Below, piece after piece: positions 7,418 to 15,955 of a stretch of DNA of 32,000 bases (position 1 is its first letter; every line of letters begins with the position of its first letter). The notes beneath the pieces are model-generated. The model made no database searches and was not told where the DNA came from. It was given only the letters and a program-made list of their open reading frames with translations. The translations under genes were made by a program, and so were the position numbers. The DNA comes from Edaphobacter aggregans (lineage in GTDB: Bacteria; Acidobacteriota; Terriglobia; Terriglobales; Acidobacteriaceae): NCBI RefSeq assembly GCF_003945235.1, contig NZ_RSDW01000001.1, positions 3,420,001 through 3,452,000 of the forward strand, written 5' to 3'.

Positions 7418-9883
7418 CTAAGGAATTGTCACTGTGATTTGGTTTGACGGGACGCTTTCTACACCGTTGTAATCAACGCTCTTTACAAGGTAGCTATAGG
7501 TGGAACCACTTGCGACGGCGCTGTCCACATAGGCAGTCTGCGCATCTGGCGAGGCGGTGATCAGTTGAAAAGACCCACTGCTTATCGACCGGTAGATGTT
7601 GTAACCTGCTACCGGGTCTGGCGAACTGCTGGGTGCATCCCAATTGAGGTAGACTTCATGCGCCGCCGCTGCCGTACCTATGCCGCTAAGAGCCACCACT
7701 GCCGTACCTCCGGTAGTCGAGTTGCTGCTAATCGTGATCTGCCCTGCAGCTCCTCCGGTTGCTGTTGGCTGGAATTGGACCTGCAGCGTGACCGTTTGGG
7801 TTGGATTCAGCGTCACCGGTAGGCTTCCACTGATGATGGTGAAACCAGATCCCGTGATCGCCGCTGCGCTTACTGTAACCGGTGAGGTTCCTGTCGAACT
7901 TAGCGTCACGGATTGCGTCGCTGCAGTGTTCACGGTCACGCTACCGAAGCTCAGACTGGTGACACTTACTGTCAGCTGCGGGTTCGCTGTAGAGGGCGGG
8001 GTGGGGGATGATCCGCCACTACAGGAGGGGACGCAGTCTGCCTGGAAGGAGGCGAGGGCATAGATGGTGGATTTTCTTTGATCAACCAGGATGCCTGGAT
8101 TACCGGTTGAATACAGGGAATCGGTTGCCGAGACAGAACTTCCGCTGGAGATATCTGTACAGGTGTAGGTGGTCCCGGTGACAAGAAGTTGTATGGTGTC
8201 GCCGTTCGCGGCAACAGGACAGTTTGAGGCGATGATGTAGTTGCCAGCACCGTTGGCCAGGGAATAGAGCAGGCCGTAGTCTCCCAGATAACATACGCCG
8301 TTGCCAGCCGTATTCATGCGCACGCACACACCGGTGGAGCCCTGCGCCGAAGAATAACCCACGAACTTAGCCTGCGCATACTGGTCATTGGAGAACGAGA
8401 TCCCGGTATAGGTCGCTAGTCCCTGTTGTCCGGAGACGGAGGGTGCAACCGTACCGCTGTTCTGTGCCAGAGATACATACCCTTGTCCATACGACGACGT
8501 GTTGGTCCAGTTTGTCGACAACGCTCCCGATCCACTGAACGTGTCGACTGCGGGATAAGGACTATTGGTATTACAGGAGGGGACGCAGTCTGCCTGGAAG
8601 GAGGCGAGGGCATAGACGGTGGATTTTCTTTGATCAACCAAGATGCCTGGATTACCGGTTGAATACAGGGAATCGGTTGCCGAGACAGAACTTCCGCTGG
8701 AGATATCTGTACAGGTGTAGGTGGTCCCGGTGACAAGAAGTTGTATGGTGTCGCCGTTCGCGGCAACAGGACAGTTTGAGGCGATGATGTAGTTGCCAGC
8801 ACCGTTGGCCAGGGAATAGAGCAGGCCGTAGTCTCCCAGATAACATACGCCGTTGCCAGCCGTATTCATGCGCACGCACACACCGGTGGAGCCCTGCGCC
8901 GAAGAATAACCCACGAACTTAGCCTGCGCATACTGGTCATTGGAGAACGAGATCCCGGTATAGGTCGCTAGTCCCTGTTGTCCGGAGACGGAGGGTGCAA
9001 CCGTACCGCTGTTCTGTGCCAGAGATACATACCCTTGTCCATACGACGACGTGTTGGTCCAGTTTGTCGACAACGCTCCCGATCCACTGAACGTGTCGAC
9101 TGCGGGATAAGGACTATTGGTATTACAGGAGGGGACGCAGTCTGCCTGGAAGGAGGCGAGGGCATAGACGGTGGATTTTCTTTGATCAACCAAGATGCCT
9201 GGATTACCGGTTGAATACAGGGAATCGGTTGCCGAGACAGAACTTCCGCTGGAGATATCTGTACAGGTGTAGGTGGTCCCGGTGACAAGAAGTTGTATGG
9301 TGTCGCCGTTCGCGGCAACAGGACAGTTTGAGGCGATGATGTAGTTGCCAGCACCGTTGGCCAGGGAATAGAGCAGGCCGTAGTCTCCCAGATAACATAC
9401 GCCGTTGCCAGCCGTATTCATGCGCACGCACACACCGGTGGAGCCCTGCGCCGAAGAATAACCCACGAACTTAGCCTGCGCATACTGGTCATTGGAGAAC
9501 GAGATCCCGGTATAGGTCGCTAATCCCTGTTGTCCGGAGACGGAGGGTGCAACCGTGCCGCCGCCCTGCGCCAGAGGAACATATCCTTGTCCATACGACG
9601 ACGTGTTGGTCCAGTTTGCCGACAACGCTCCCGATCCGCTGAACGTGTCCACCGCGGGATAAGGGGCTACACTCGAGGCCGATGCGAATCTGGAACCCAG
9701 GGATAGCGACAGACAGAAAGCCATCGCAAGAGCAAGGGCACCCCACCATTTGCGCAGTTGGGGAGTCTTTGCAGCAGATTGGATGCGAAGTCCATTCGGT
9801 TGCTGAACCTCAGCATTATCTGAGCTGCCAGTGATTTCTACAATGTAGTCGGAGGACGAAGAAATAGCGTAGTTATGGAACAC
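7418..9883 (-). CDS. Secreted repeat protein: three near-identical ~184-aa Cys-containing modules (possibly lectin/jelly-roll-like), one Ig-like (choice-of-anchor-D/ASH-type) domain, C-terminal FN3 domain
   Basis: ORF 7418..9907. A signal-peptide-like segment (RKWWGALALAMAFCLSLSLGSRFASA) is followed by 3 x (PYPAVDTFSGSGALS.NWTNTSSYGQGYV ... FQADCVPSC). Then come an Ig-like beta-sandwich pattern (LSFGSVTVNTAATQSVTLSSTGTSPVTV ... LQVQFQPTATGGAAGQITISSNS) and an FN3 pattern (YLNWDAPSSSPDPVAGYNIYRS ... YSYLVKSVDYNGVES). The start is ambiguous among TTG 9907, ATG 9889 and GTG 9883. GTG 9883 has the best spacing to the SD AAGAGGTGAT. Confidence 0.85.
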   Translation of the reverse strand: MFHNYAISSSSDYIVEITGSSDNAEVQQPNGLRIQSAAKTPQLRKWWGALALAMAFCLSLSLGSRFASASSVAPYPAVDTFSGSGALSANWTNTSSYGQGYVPLAQGGGTVAPSVSGQQGLATYTGISFSNDQYAQAKFVGYSSAQGSTGVCVRMNTAGNGVCYLGDYGLLYSLANGAGNYIIASNCPVAANGDTIQLLVTGTTYTCTDISSGSSVSATDSLYSTGNPGILVDQRKSTVYALASFQADCVPSCNTNSPYPAVDTFSGSGALSTNWTNTSSYGQGYVSLAQNSGTVAPSVSGQQGLATYTGISFSNDQYAQAKFVGYSSAQGSTGVCVRMNTAGNGVCYLGDYGLLYSLANGAGNYIIASNCPVAANGDTIQLLVTGTTYTCTDISSGSSVSATDSLYSTGNPGILVDQRKSTVYALASFQADCVPSCNTNSPYPAVDTFSGSGALSTNWTNTSSYGQGYVSLAQNSGTVAPSVSGQQGLATYTGISFSNDQYAQAKFVGYSSAQGSTGVCVRMNTAGNGVCYLGDYGLLYSLANGAGNYIIASNCPVAANGDTIQLLVTGTTYTCTDISSGSSVSATDSLYSTGNPGILVDQRKSTIYALASFQADCVPSCSGGSSPTPPSTANPQLTVSVTSLSFGSVTVNTAATQSVTLSSTGTSPVTVSAAAITGSGFTIISGSLPVTLNPTQTVTLQVQFQPTATGGAAGQITISSNSTTGGTAVVALSGIGTAAAAHEVYLNWDAPSSSPDPVAGYNIYRSISSGSFQLITASPDAQTAYVDSAVASGSTYSYLVKSVDYNGVESVPSNQITVTIP
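8021..9676 (-). repeat. In-frame tandem triplication, 3 x 552 bp, near-identical at DNA level
   Basis: The units are 8021-8572, 8573-9124 and 9125-9676. By my reading, units 1 and 2 differ at two positions only (8065/8617 and 8089/8641). Units 2 and 3 are identical over 8573-8970 = 9125-9522 and then diverge. The identical spurious ORFs in the track (8100..8327 = 8652..8879 = 9204..9431; 8416..8802 = 8968..9354) corroborate this. Confidence 0.97.
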
Positions 9884-10074
9884 GAACATCACCTCTTCAA
9901 CGTGCAAAACTGCATGGTTTAAGAGGCAGAACGAAAAGGAAAAGAGAAAACGCTAGTCTACGTCTCGTATGACTGCACACCTACCGATTCGGAGGGATAT
10001 GGGTGCAGTGGGATTTTTCTGTCTTACCTGGCAACTACCATGACGCTGCTCAGGTCGCCGATTCTCATTCCCAA
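9881..10074 (-). promoter_or_regulatory. Conserved leader/upstream region, copy A (paralogous to 23861..24053)
   Basis: Read on the minus strand, it aligns block by block with 23861..24053. Shared blocks are TTGGGAATGA, GGCGAC, TGAGCAGC, AGTTGCCAGGTAA, TACGAGAC, a pyrimidine tract, TCTGCCTCTTA, CCATGCA, TTTTGCACGTT and AAGAGGTGATGTTCGTGT. Confidence 0.7.
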
Positions 10075-10577
10075 ATTTTCATACACATCAAAATATCAAA
10101 ATGATCTGCACACAGACCAAGACGGCATTGGAAACGCGGGAAAGCTTTTACACCCATTCCTAACATGTCCGGATCGACATCCATGAATGGGGTCGCAATC
10201 GCACTAATCGGTCGCTAATTGAACTAACTGTTGGTTTCTGAAATACTGCCCCGTTTATATCAAAGATGTTTCCAGCAAGCAAACATCTTCGGCCAATGCC
10301 GCTCTGCGCAGTTACACCTTTGTGCGCGATGCAGCACTCGTCGGATGTTTGGAATTTGCTTTTGCTGCTTGCAACAAATTGAGTGCATATGAGTTATAGG
10401 TTGTAGAGCTGTCACGTTTTACTTTTTCTGTAACTCAGGCGGAGCTTAATCCCCGGTACCTTCATCTCTCTGGTGACTCCCTAACCTGCGTGATCACACA
10501 AAAATCATGCAAGAGCGAAGTACATGTATGCGATGAGTGGTTGAAGCGGCGAGCGCGCACAAAATCAAACATTCCTG

Positions 10578-11873
10578 TCAGGGAGCCTTCGGTTCACCCC
10601 CCTTAGGGGATGCCAGGCTCTCGCTCTCCCGTTTGTTGGCCTTTATATCCTTGTATAGCTGCAACTCCCTATTGGCGTCTTCTGTGCGACCCGCTCGGCG
10701 ATAGGCCACTTGGAGTTGATAGTGTACAAACGCGTCGTGAGGATTGATCCTGGCTGCTGTCTCCAAGTGTCCAATAGCCTCTTCTGTCTTTCCGTCCTCC
10801 AACAAGACCTTTCCCAATTGGTATTGAGCTTCTGAATAGTTTGGGTTCAGTGCGAGCACGGAGCGTAGAAGGGGGAGCGCTTCTTCTTTGTGGGAAGTTT
10901 CGGACAGAGCATACGCCAGGTCGTATTGCGCGTCGATGTCACGTGGGTTGATCTTCAATTCATCTCGCAGTTCTGGAATTGCATCGGCTGGCTTGTCCAG
11001 GTGGATCAGGGTCGCGCCTAGCTCGTAGTGAACACCTGGCATCTCCGGATTCTCAGCTGTAATTGTTCGAAAGCAGGGAAGGGCATGTTCATAGTTCGCC
11101 GAGGCAGTATATAGCTTGCACACCAGCAGGTGAACGTCGGGCGACAGGTTTCGCGCCGCGAGGATGTCAGCGATCGCGTTGGCTTGCTGCGGTTGATCGG
11201 TCCGCACGAGAGAATAGGCCCATGCGTAGGCAGTCCGTGCGTCCTGCATGGCTAGATCGCCGATCGGCGCAAAATTCTTGGACGCGTCAGAGAATCGCTC
11301 CAGAGAGAACAGCGACATCGCAAGCATCAGTCTTGAACGCTGGTCCTCGGGACTCGCGGAGACGACACTCGCGAGAGCCCTCGCACTTTCCTGGTACTCT
11401 TCCTGCTCGAAGGCTGCGGTACCGAGATTACGCATCAGGCCGGGAGTCGATGGATTCCACTTCTCAGCCTCCTGAAAGTGTTTCAATGCTTCTGCGTACT
11501 GCTGTTCATGCGCTTCGGCCGTGCCCCAGTCGTTGAAGCCGGATCCAAGGATCTGTCGCAGTTGGCGCTCGCGTACCTTGAGCCGCTGACTCTCCGCCGT
11601 GGACGCCGATGGATGCCTGAGCCTTGTACTCACGTCTTCGAGTTGCTGCATCGCGAGCGTCGTCAGTGCCTGCGAGGACGCCATCACGGCCGCGGGGTCA
11701 CCCGACGAAGTAGCCTCCTGCTGTTTGTTCTGGAGGTCCTGGAGCTTCCGTGTTGCAGAGTCTATAGTGGCCGGTTGCCGTGAATTCGCTTGTTGAGAAG
11801 ACTGGCTGCGTAGTTCGCCCACCGTGCCTACGGTCAGCAGGAGCAGCAGCGAGATTCGAGCGGTAGAGATCAT
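10578..11873 (-). CDS. Secreted tetratricopeptide (TPR) repeat protein
   Basis: There are multiple TPR-like units (for example AQYQLGKVLLEDGKTEEAIGHLETAARINPHDAFVHYQLQVAYRRAGRTEDA). The start is placed at internal ATG 11873, which gives the signal-like N-terminus MISTARISLLLLLTVGTVGELRSQ. The ORF track extends to 12035. Confidence 0.8.
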   Translation of the reverse strand: MISTARISLLLLLTVGTVGELRSQSSQQANSRQPATIDSATRKLQDLQNKQQEATSSGDPAAVMASSQALTTLAMQQLEDVSTRLRHPSASTAESQRLKVRERQLRQILGSGFNDWGTAEAHEQQYAEALKHFQEAEKWNPSTPGLMRNLGTAAFEQEEYQESARALASVVSASPEDQRSRLMLAMSLFSLERFSDASKNFAPIGDLAMQDARTAYAWAYSLVRTDQPQQANAIADILAARNLSPDVHLLVCKLYTASANYEHALPCFRTITAENPEMPGVHYELGATLIHLDKPADAIPELRDELKINPRDIDAQYDLAYALSETSHKEEALPLLRSVLALNPNYSEAQYQLGKVLLEDGKTEEAIGHLETAARINPHDAFVHYQLQVAYRRAGRTEDANRELQLYKDIKANKRESESLASPKGGEPKAP

Positions 11874-12130
11874 TCGGTTATAGTGCCATGCCCAAGGTGG
11901 CCTCGTCGCGAAGATAGGGCGTTGCGGCGATTTGCCTTGGTCGGTACCTCTAGGCATTTTCGCGTAAAGTATTCGATAAATGGGAGTTACGGGTGGACTT
12001 GTCCGTTTTTGAAAGTGGGAAGTCTCTTGATTCAAGGGTTTGAGAGATGTAGCGGTTGTAAAGTATTGGTTTGATGATACTTATCGCATAAGTATTTCTT
12101 CTTTAATGGATCAGGGTTCCAAAAAGAAAG

Positions 12131-12152
12131 GCCCCGGCTTCCCAGCCGAGGC
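12131..12152 (-). terminator. Intrinsic terminator candidate (minus strand)
   Basis: The minus strand reads GCCTCGGCT-GGGA-AGCCGGGGC, a 9-bp stem with one mismatch. It is followed directly by CTTTCTTTTTGG (rc of 12119-12130). Confidence 0.55.
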
Positions 12153-12351
12153 TCTTTCATCTCTATATCCAGAATAGCAGGTTGAGGTAATTAATCTGCC
12201 ACGTGGATGTTATTGATATGAATGTAGATAAGAGAAATTAGGGCTTGACATCCTAAATTTGGGAGCAAAATGCGATTTGGTACAGCGACTTTTGCAGACC
12301 ATTTCTGATTCGGCTCCATTTTAAGGATGGATCAATTGGTTTGCTAGGACA

Positions 12352-12386
12352 CCGGGCAGACTCCGGATCTTCTGGAGTCTGCCCGG
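12352..12386 (-). terminator. Strong GC-rich hairpin immediately after the TonB-dependent receptor stop codon
   Basis: CCGGGCAGACTCC (12352-12364), a 9-nt loop, then GGAGTCTGCCCGG (12374-12386) form a perfect 13-bp stem. It starts 9 nt after the stop at 12395. No U-tract follows on the minus strand. Confidence 0.45.
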
Positions 12387-12394
12387 AAAGGGGG

Positions 12395-15300
12395 TTAGAA
12401 GTTCACATGGAGGCCGTACTGGATCTGCCGGGCGTTCCCGATCAAACCGCTTGATGTCCCGAAGCCCGTCTGCAGATCCTGGGCGCTGACGATGTTGTTC
12501 GTAGCGCTGCAGGGAGCATAGAGGCTGTGGCCTGTGCTTGCATTTGTTCCGATCGGCCCTCCGCAGTTGACCGCCGAGACAGGCGAGCCCTGCGAGAGTG
12601 AAGCGGGGTTGAAGTTCGGGTGGTTGAAGAGGTTGAAGAAGTCCAGGCTGAACTTGATCGTGGCCTTCTCATGGAACAGAGGCCAGTTCTTGTCCAGAGA
12701 CATGTCCGTGTTGTTGAAGTTCGGTCCGCCGACGACACCCCTCTGCGCCATATTGCTGGGGAGTGTGCCAAGCGCATACCCGATCAGAGTAAATGCTCCT
12801 GGATTGATGATCGTGTTGGTGTGACGGTTAGCGACGGGGCTTTGTCCCGTCAACAGAGGACGCTGCGGCGACGTAAAGCCGGTCTGCACCAAGGCACCGC
12901 TCTGGTTCAACTGGCTCGTATACGTTTTACCGGTAGCCGGGTTGATGCCGAGGTTGTTCTCGTGCGCTCCTTGGAAGATGGTGAAGTTGTTGCCATTCTG
13001 AGACGTAAGGATGGTCGCCAACTCCCATCCTCCGAGCACGCCGCGCATCATCGCATTGGATCCCTGCAGCTTCGGCAGGAACCAGATTGCGTTGGCCACG
13101 AACATGTTGGGACGGTTCACGTTTGAAGTGCCGTAGTCCAGCCGGGGGTTGGTGTAGTAAGTGAGTGACTGGTTGCCGATACCACCGCCCGAATCGTCTG
13201 TGACAACGTTCGTCAGGGCATGCGACCACGTATATGCCGCTCCCAGTTGAAGAATGCTGCTGATGTGGCTGTTGAGCGATAGCTGCAAGCCGTTGTAGTT
13301 CGAGTAGCCTCCATGCGCCCAGTACGTCAGGGTGCTGTTGTTGCCTCCTGCCGGGAACGGGCGCAGTAGGTTGACAGCATTGCTGTTGGCAAAGGTCGCC
13401 GCCATCCAGTTATTCGGAGCAATGGAGTTGACGTCATACGAATTGGTCAGGTGTATGCCGCGATTTCCGACATAGGCCGCCTGGAAGATCGTATTCTTGG
13501 CCATTTGGTGCTCGACGGCCAGGTTCCACTGCCATGAGTTAGGAAGATTGGCGTTCGGATCCTCACCACCGGATGGGCTGGCCGTTCCGGAGAGGCTGGC
13601 CGGCGTCGCTCCTCCCAGTGTGCGGGCGTAGTTATTGGTTGTCAGAGCGAATGGAGCGTTGGCCACCAGCGTGTAGCGCGATACGCGCTCCCGTTGGAAG
13701 AACTGGCCCACACCTGCGCGGACAACTGTCTTTCCCTCGCCGAACACATCGTATGCTACGCCGAGACGCGGTGCGAAGTGGTTGTGTCCGTTATTGATCA
13801 ACGAACGATTCGGTCCAGGTGTGCCGTGGCTGAAGTTCGTTCCGAACTGGCTGTTCGCAGCTCCGCATGGATCCTTTCCAGGCGCAACCCACAAGCCATT
13901 GCAGGCATCGCTGGAAGGTGCGGACGGATTGTAAAGCTGTGGCTGGAAGCTGGTGATCTGGTCATCCGGCTGGAACGGCTGCAGCAGCAGTGAATAGCGG
14001 ACACCATAGGTGAAGGTTACTTTTGGCGAGACTCTCCAGGTATCCCCGGCGTAGAACTCATAGTCGCGCCAACGAAGCTGGGCTCGAACGTTGGTCGATG
14101 TTTCGTTGATGTTGAAGACATTCCCGGTGAGTTCCAGATTTGCGAGCGTATCGTTCGTGTCGATGCCGCCAGCGGTCGTGGCTATGCTGCCGCCAACGGA
14201 CGGACGCTCGCCCGTGCTGCTGTTGACGTCTTCATTCTTGCCGTTGAATCCGAAGAATGCGCCGAACTTGAAGTTGTGCTGCCCCTTCACCCACGAGACA
14301 TCATCGCGGAAGGTATAGATGTCCAACTGGTTCTGCCAGGGCGCCTGCAGCGACGTGTTGCCGCCGTAGGAACCAAAGTTGACCTGCGGAACTCCAAGGG
14401 CACTGTGCTTGAGTGAGGCTGGATACAAGGTTGGAACGGCAGCCGTTACTTGTGTCAGAAGACCCGGGTTTGTGCCGCCGGGCGTAATCGAAATCCGATT
14501 GTTGGAGTAGTTGAACGCCGCATCATTAACCAGCGTGTTGCGAATCGTCGAGGTCCAGTGGGTCGTAATGGACTTCGACGGCTGCGCCCAGTTGCTGTTC
14601 AGAGCCGGATATACCGTGTCTCCCCAATAACCCGCGTTGAAGGCCGGGTTTTCCCATGAGTCCTGCGTATAACGACCCATGATGTGGTTGGTGTGGTTCA
14701 GGTCGAAGTCCCCGCGGACGTTCTCCTGTCTCCAGTTCAATGCCGTCGGAAGCGATGCCGACCAGTTCTGTCCGTTCGAGTTCAGTGCGCCGTTTGGAGT
14801 GGTCGGCAATGGAAGCATCTGCATCATCGTTGCCGCCGAAGGATCGACCGCAGCCAGCTTGGATGGCCCAGCCAGCTTGCCCGCAGGTACAGCGCTGAAG
14901 TTCGGCAGACCTGAGGTATTGCAGCCCAGTACCGAGAAGTCTCCGGCGCGTTCTGCAGCCGTCGGCACGCAGGCGCTCACCTGGCGTCCCTTGATTTCAT
15001 GGTTCCACTCCTGGCTCCAGAAGAAGAAGAGCTTGTCCTTGAGGACGGGGCCGCCGATCGAATAACCCCAATCGTTGCGGCGCTGCTTATCCTTGCCATC
15101 CAGTGGCAGGCCTTTGCCCGCGTTTGGTGCCGAGAAGAACGTGTATGTATTCAGCGCATCATTGCGTCCGTTGTAGAATGCGCTGCCATGGAAGGTGTTC
15201 GTTCCGCCGCGAGTGATGATGCTGATCACAGAACCCGAAGCCTGGCCATATTCCGGCCCGTAGCTGTTCAGAAGCATTTTGAACTCGGCGATCGCCTCGT

Positions 15301-15955
15301 TCGATGGGTAGATCAGGATCGTGCGGTTCGATCCGACGTCGTTGTTGTTCACGCCATCGACCAGGAACAGGTTGTTCGTTGTCGGATTGCCGTTGACCGA
15401 CATATCGACGCCGCCGTTCAGGCCTTTACCCGTGTTCTGGAAGCCGTTTGCTGCAGAGACGCCCGGTTGAAGCTGCGTCAGCTGTACAAAGTTGCGGCCG
15501 TTCAGTGGGAGCTCCCTCACCTGGGTTCCATCCACGACCACGCCCAGGCTGGCGCTGTCGGTCTGCACCTGGAGCGCATTCGCCTGTACGGTGACAGTCT
15601 CGGATACACTTCCCACTTGGAGTTGAGCGTCCACTGTTGTCGTTGTGGCGACGTGAACGATTGCACTCTTTACTCGGAATTCCTTGAAATTGCCGGCTGA
15701 AATTGAGACGTCATATACAGCATCCGGTAGTTCCGCCACGGTGTAGTTGCCCTGAGCATCCGTCGTGGCATTGAACGTCTTCCCTGTCGCCGTGTTCGTA
15801 GCAGTAATGACTGCTCCCGCAACACCGGCTCCGGAAGTATCCGTTACCGCACCGCTAATTGTACCTGTAAGTTTTTGTGCGTACGCCGAAAGCGTGCCCA
15901 GCAATAGAGCTGTGATCAACGCCGTAAGAAGTGACCAGCTTGGTGATCGTTTCAT
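12395..15955 (-). CDS. TonB-dependent outer-membrane receptor with N-terminal carboxypeptidase-regulatory-like domain
   Basis: A signal peptide (MKRSPSWSLLTALITALLLGTLSAYAQ) is followed by a CarboxypepD_reg pattern (GTISGAVTDTSGAGVAGAVITATNTATGKTFNATTDAQGNYTVAELPDAVYDVSISAGNFKEF). Next is a plug-like region (ELPLNGRNFVQLTQLQPGV) and a long beta-barrel ending in a terminal Phe (QYGLHVNF). GGGAGG lies 6 nt upstream of the ATG. Confidence 0.93.
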   Translation of the reverse strand: MKRSPSWSLLTALITALLLGTLSAYAQKLTGTISGAVTDTSGAGVAGAVITATNTATGKTFNATTDAQGNYTVAELPDAVYDVSISAGNFKEFRVKSAIVHVATTTTVDAQLQVGSVSETVTVQANALQVQTDSASLGVVVDGTQVRELPLNGRNFVQLTQLQPGVSAANGFQNTGKGLNGGVDMSVNGNPTTNNLFLVDGVNNNDVGSNRTILIYPSNEAIAEFKMLLNSYGPEYGQASGSVISIITRGGTNTFHGSAFYNGRNDALNTYTFFSAPNAGKGLPLDGKDKQRRNDWGYSIGGPVLKDKLFFFWSQEWNHEIKGRQVSACVPTAAERAGDFSVLGCNTSGLPNFSAVPAGKLAGPSKLAAVDPSAATMMQMLPLPTTPNGALNSNGQNWSASLPTALNWRQENVRGDFDLNHTNHIMGRYTQDSWENPAFNAGYWGDTVYPALNSNWAQPSKSITTHWTSTIRNTLVNDAAFNYSNNRISITPGGTNPGLLTQVTAAVPTLYPASLKHSALGVPQVNFGSYGGNTSLQAPWQNQLDIYTFRDDVSWVKGQHNFKFGAFFGFNGKNEDVNSSTGERPSVGGSIATTAGGIDTNDTLANLELTGNVFNINETSTNVRAQLRWRDYEFYAGDTWRVSPKVTFTYGVRYSLLLQPFQPDDQITSFQPQLYNPSAPSSDACNGLWVAPGKDPCGAANSQFGTNFSHGTPGPNRSLINNGHNHFAPRLGVAYDVFGEGKTVVRAGVGQFFQRERVSRYTLVANAPFALTTNNYARTLGGATPASLSGTASPSGGEDPNANLPNSWQWNLAVEHQMAKNTIFQAAYVGNRGIHLTNSYDVNSIAPNNWMAATFANSNAVNLLRPFPAGGNNSTLTYWAHGGYSNYNGLQLSLNSHISSILQLGAAYTWSHALTNVVTDDSGGGIGNQSLTYYTNPRLDYGTSNVNRPNMFVANAIWFLPKLQGSNAMMRGVLGGWELATILTSQNGNNFTIFQGAHENNLGINPATGKTYTSQLNQSGALVQTGFTSPQRPLLTGQSPVANRHTNTIINPGAFTLIGYALGTLPSNMAQRGVVGGPNFNNTDMSLDKNWPLFHEKATIKFSLDFFNLFNHPNFNPASLSQGSPVSAVNCGGPIGTNASTGHSLYAPCSATNNIVSAQDLQTGFGTSSGLIGNARQIQYGLHVNF

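Noticed and set aside
7418-7450. Checked the C-termini of both Ig/FN3 proteins (7418-7450 and 26100-26134) for PEP-CTERM, LPXTG or other sorting tails, given the exosortase-like EPS genes nearby.
   Set aside because: Both proteins end inside the FN3 domain (…SNQITVTIP / …SNEISVKIP). There is no PEP motif, no TM helix and no basic tail.
8416-9354. Sets of identical 75-aa and 128-aa ORFs (8100..8327, 8652..8879, 9204..9431; 8416..8802, 8968..9354; plus-strand 8426..8662, 8978..9214) that could look like a repeated small-gene family.
   Set aside because: They are alternative-frame or antisense readings of the 552-bp coding triplication. Their identity simply mirrors the DNA repeat. They have a low-complexity Pro/Arg-rich composition and no start context.
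8021-9676. A regularly spaced repeat array, considered as a possible CRISPR or other non-coding array.
   Set aside because: The units are 552 bp, directly abutting with no spacers. They maintain one long reading frame encoding a plausible folded domain.
9972-10018. A hairpin followed by TTTTT on the plus strand, which looks like an intrinsic terminator.
   Set aside because: There is no plus-strand gene or ORF upstream of it. It lies inside the minus-strand leader of the repeat-protein gene and is better explained as the leader hairpin described in the findings.
12246-12280. TTGACA followed 17 nt later by AAATGC on the plus strand, between the TPR and TonB-receptor genes.
   Set aside because: The -10 match is poor, and transcription from it would run only antisense into the receptor gene.
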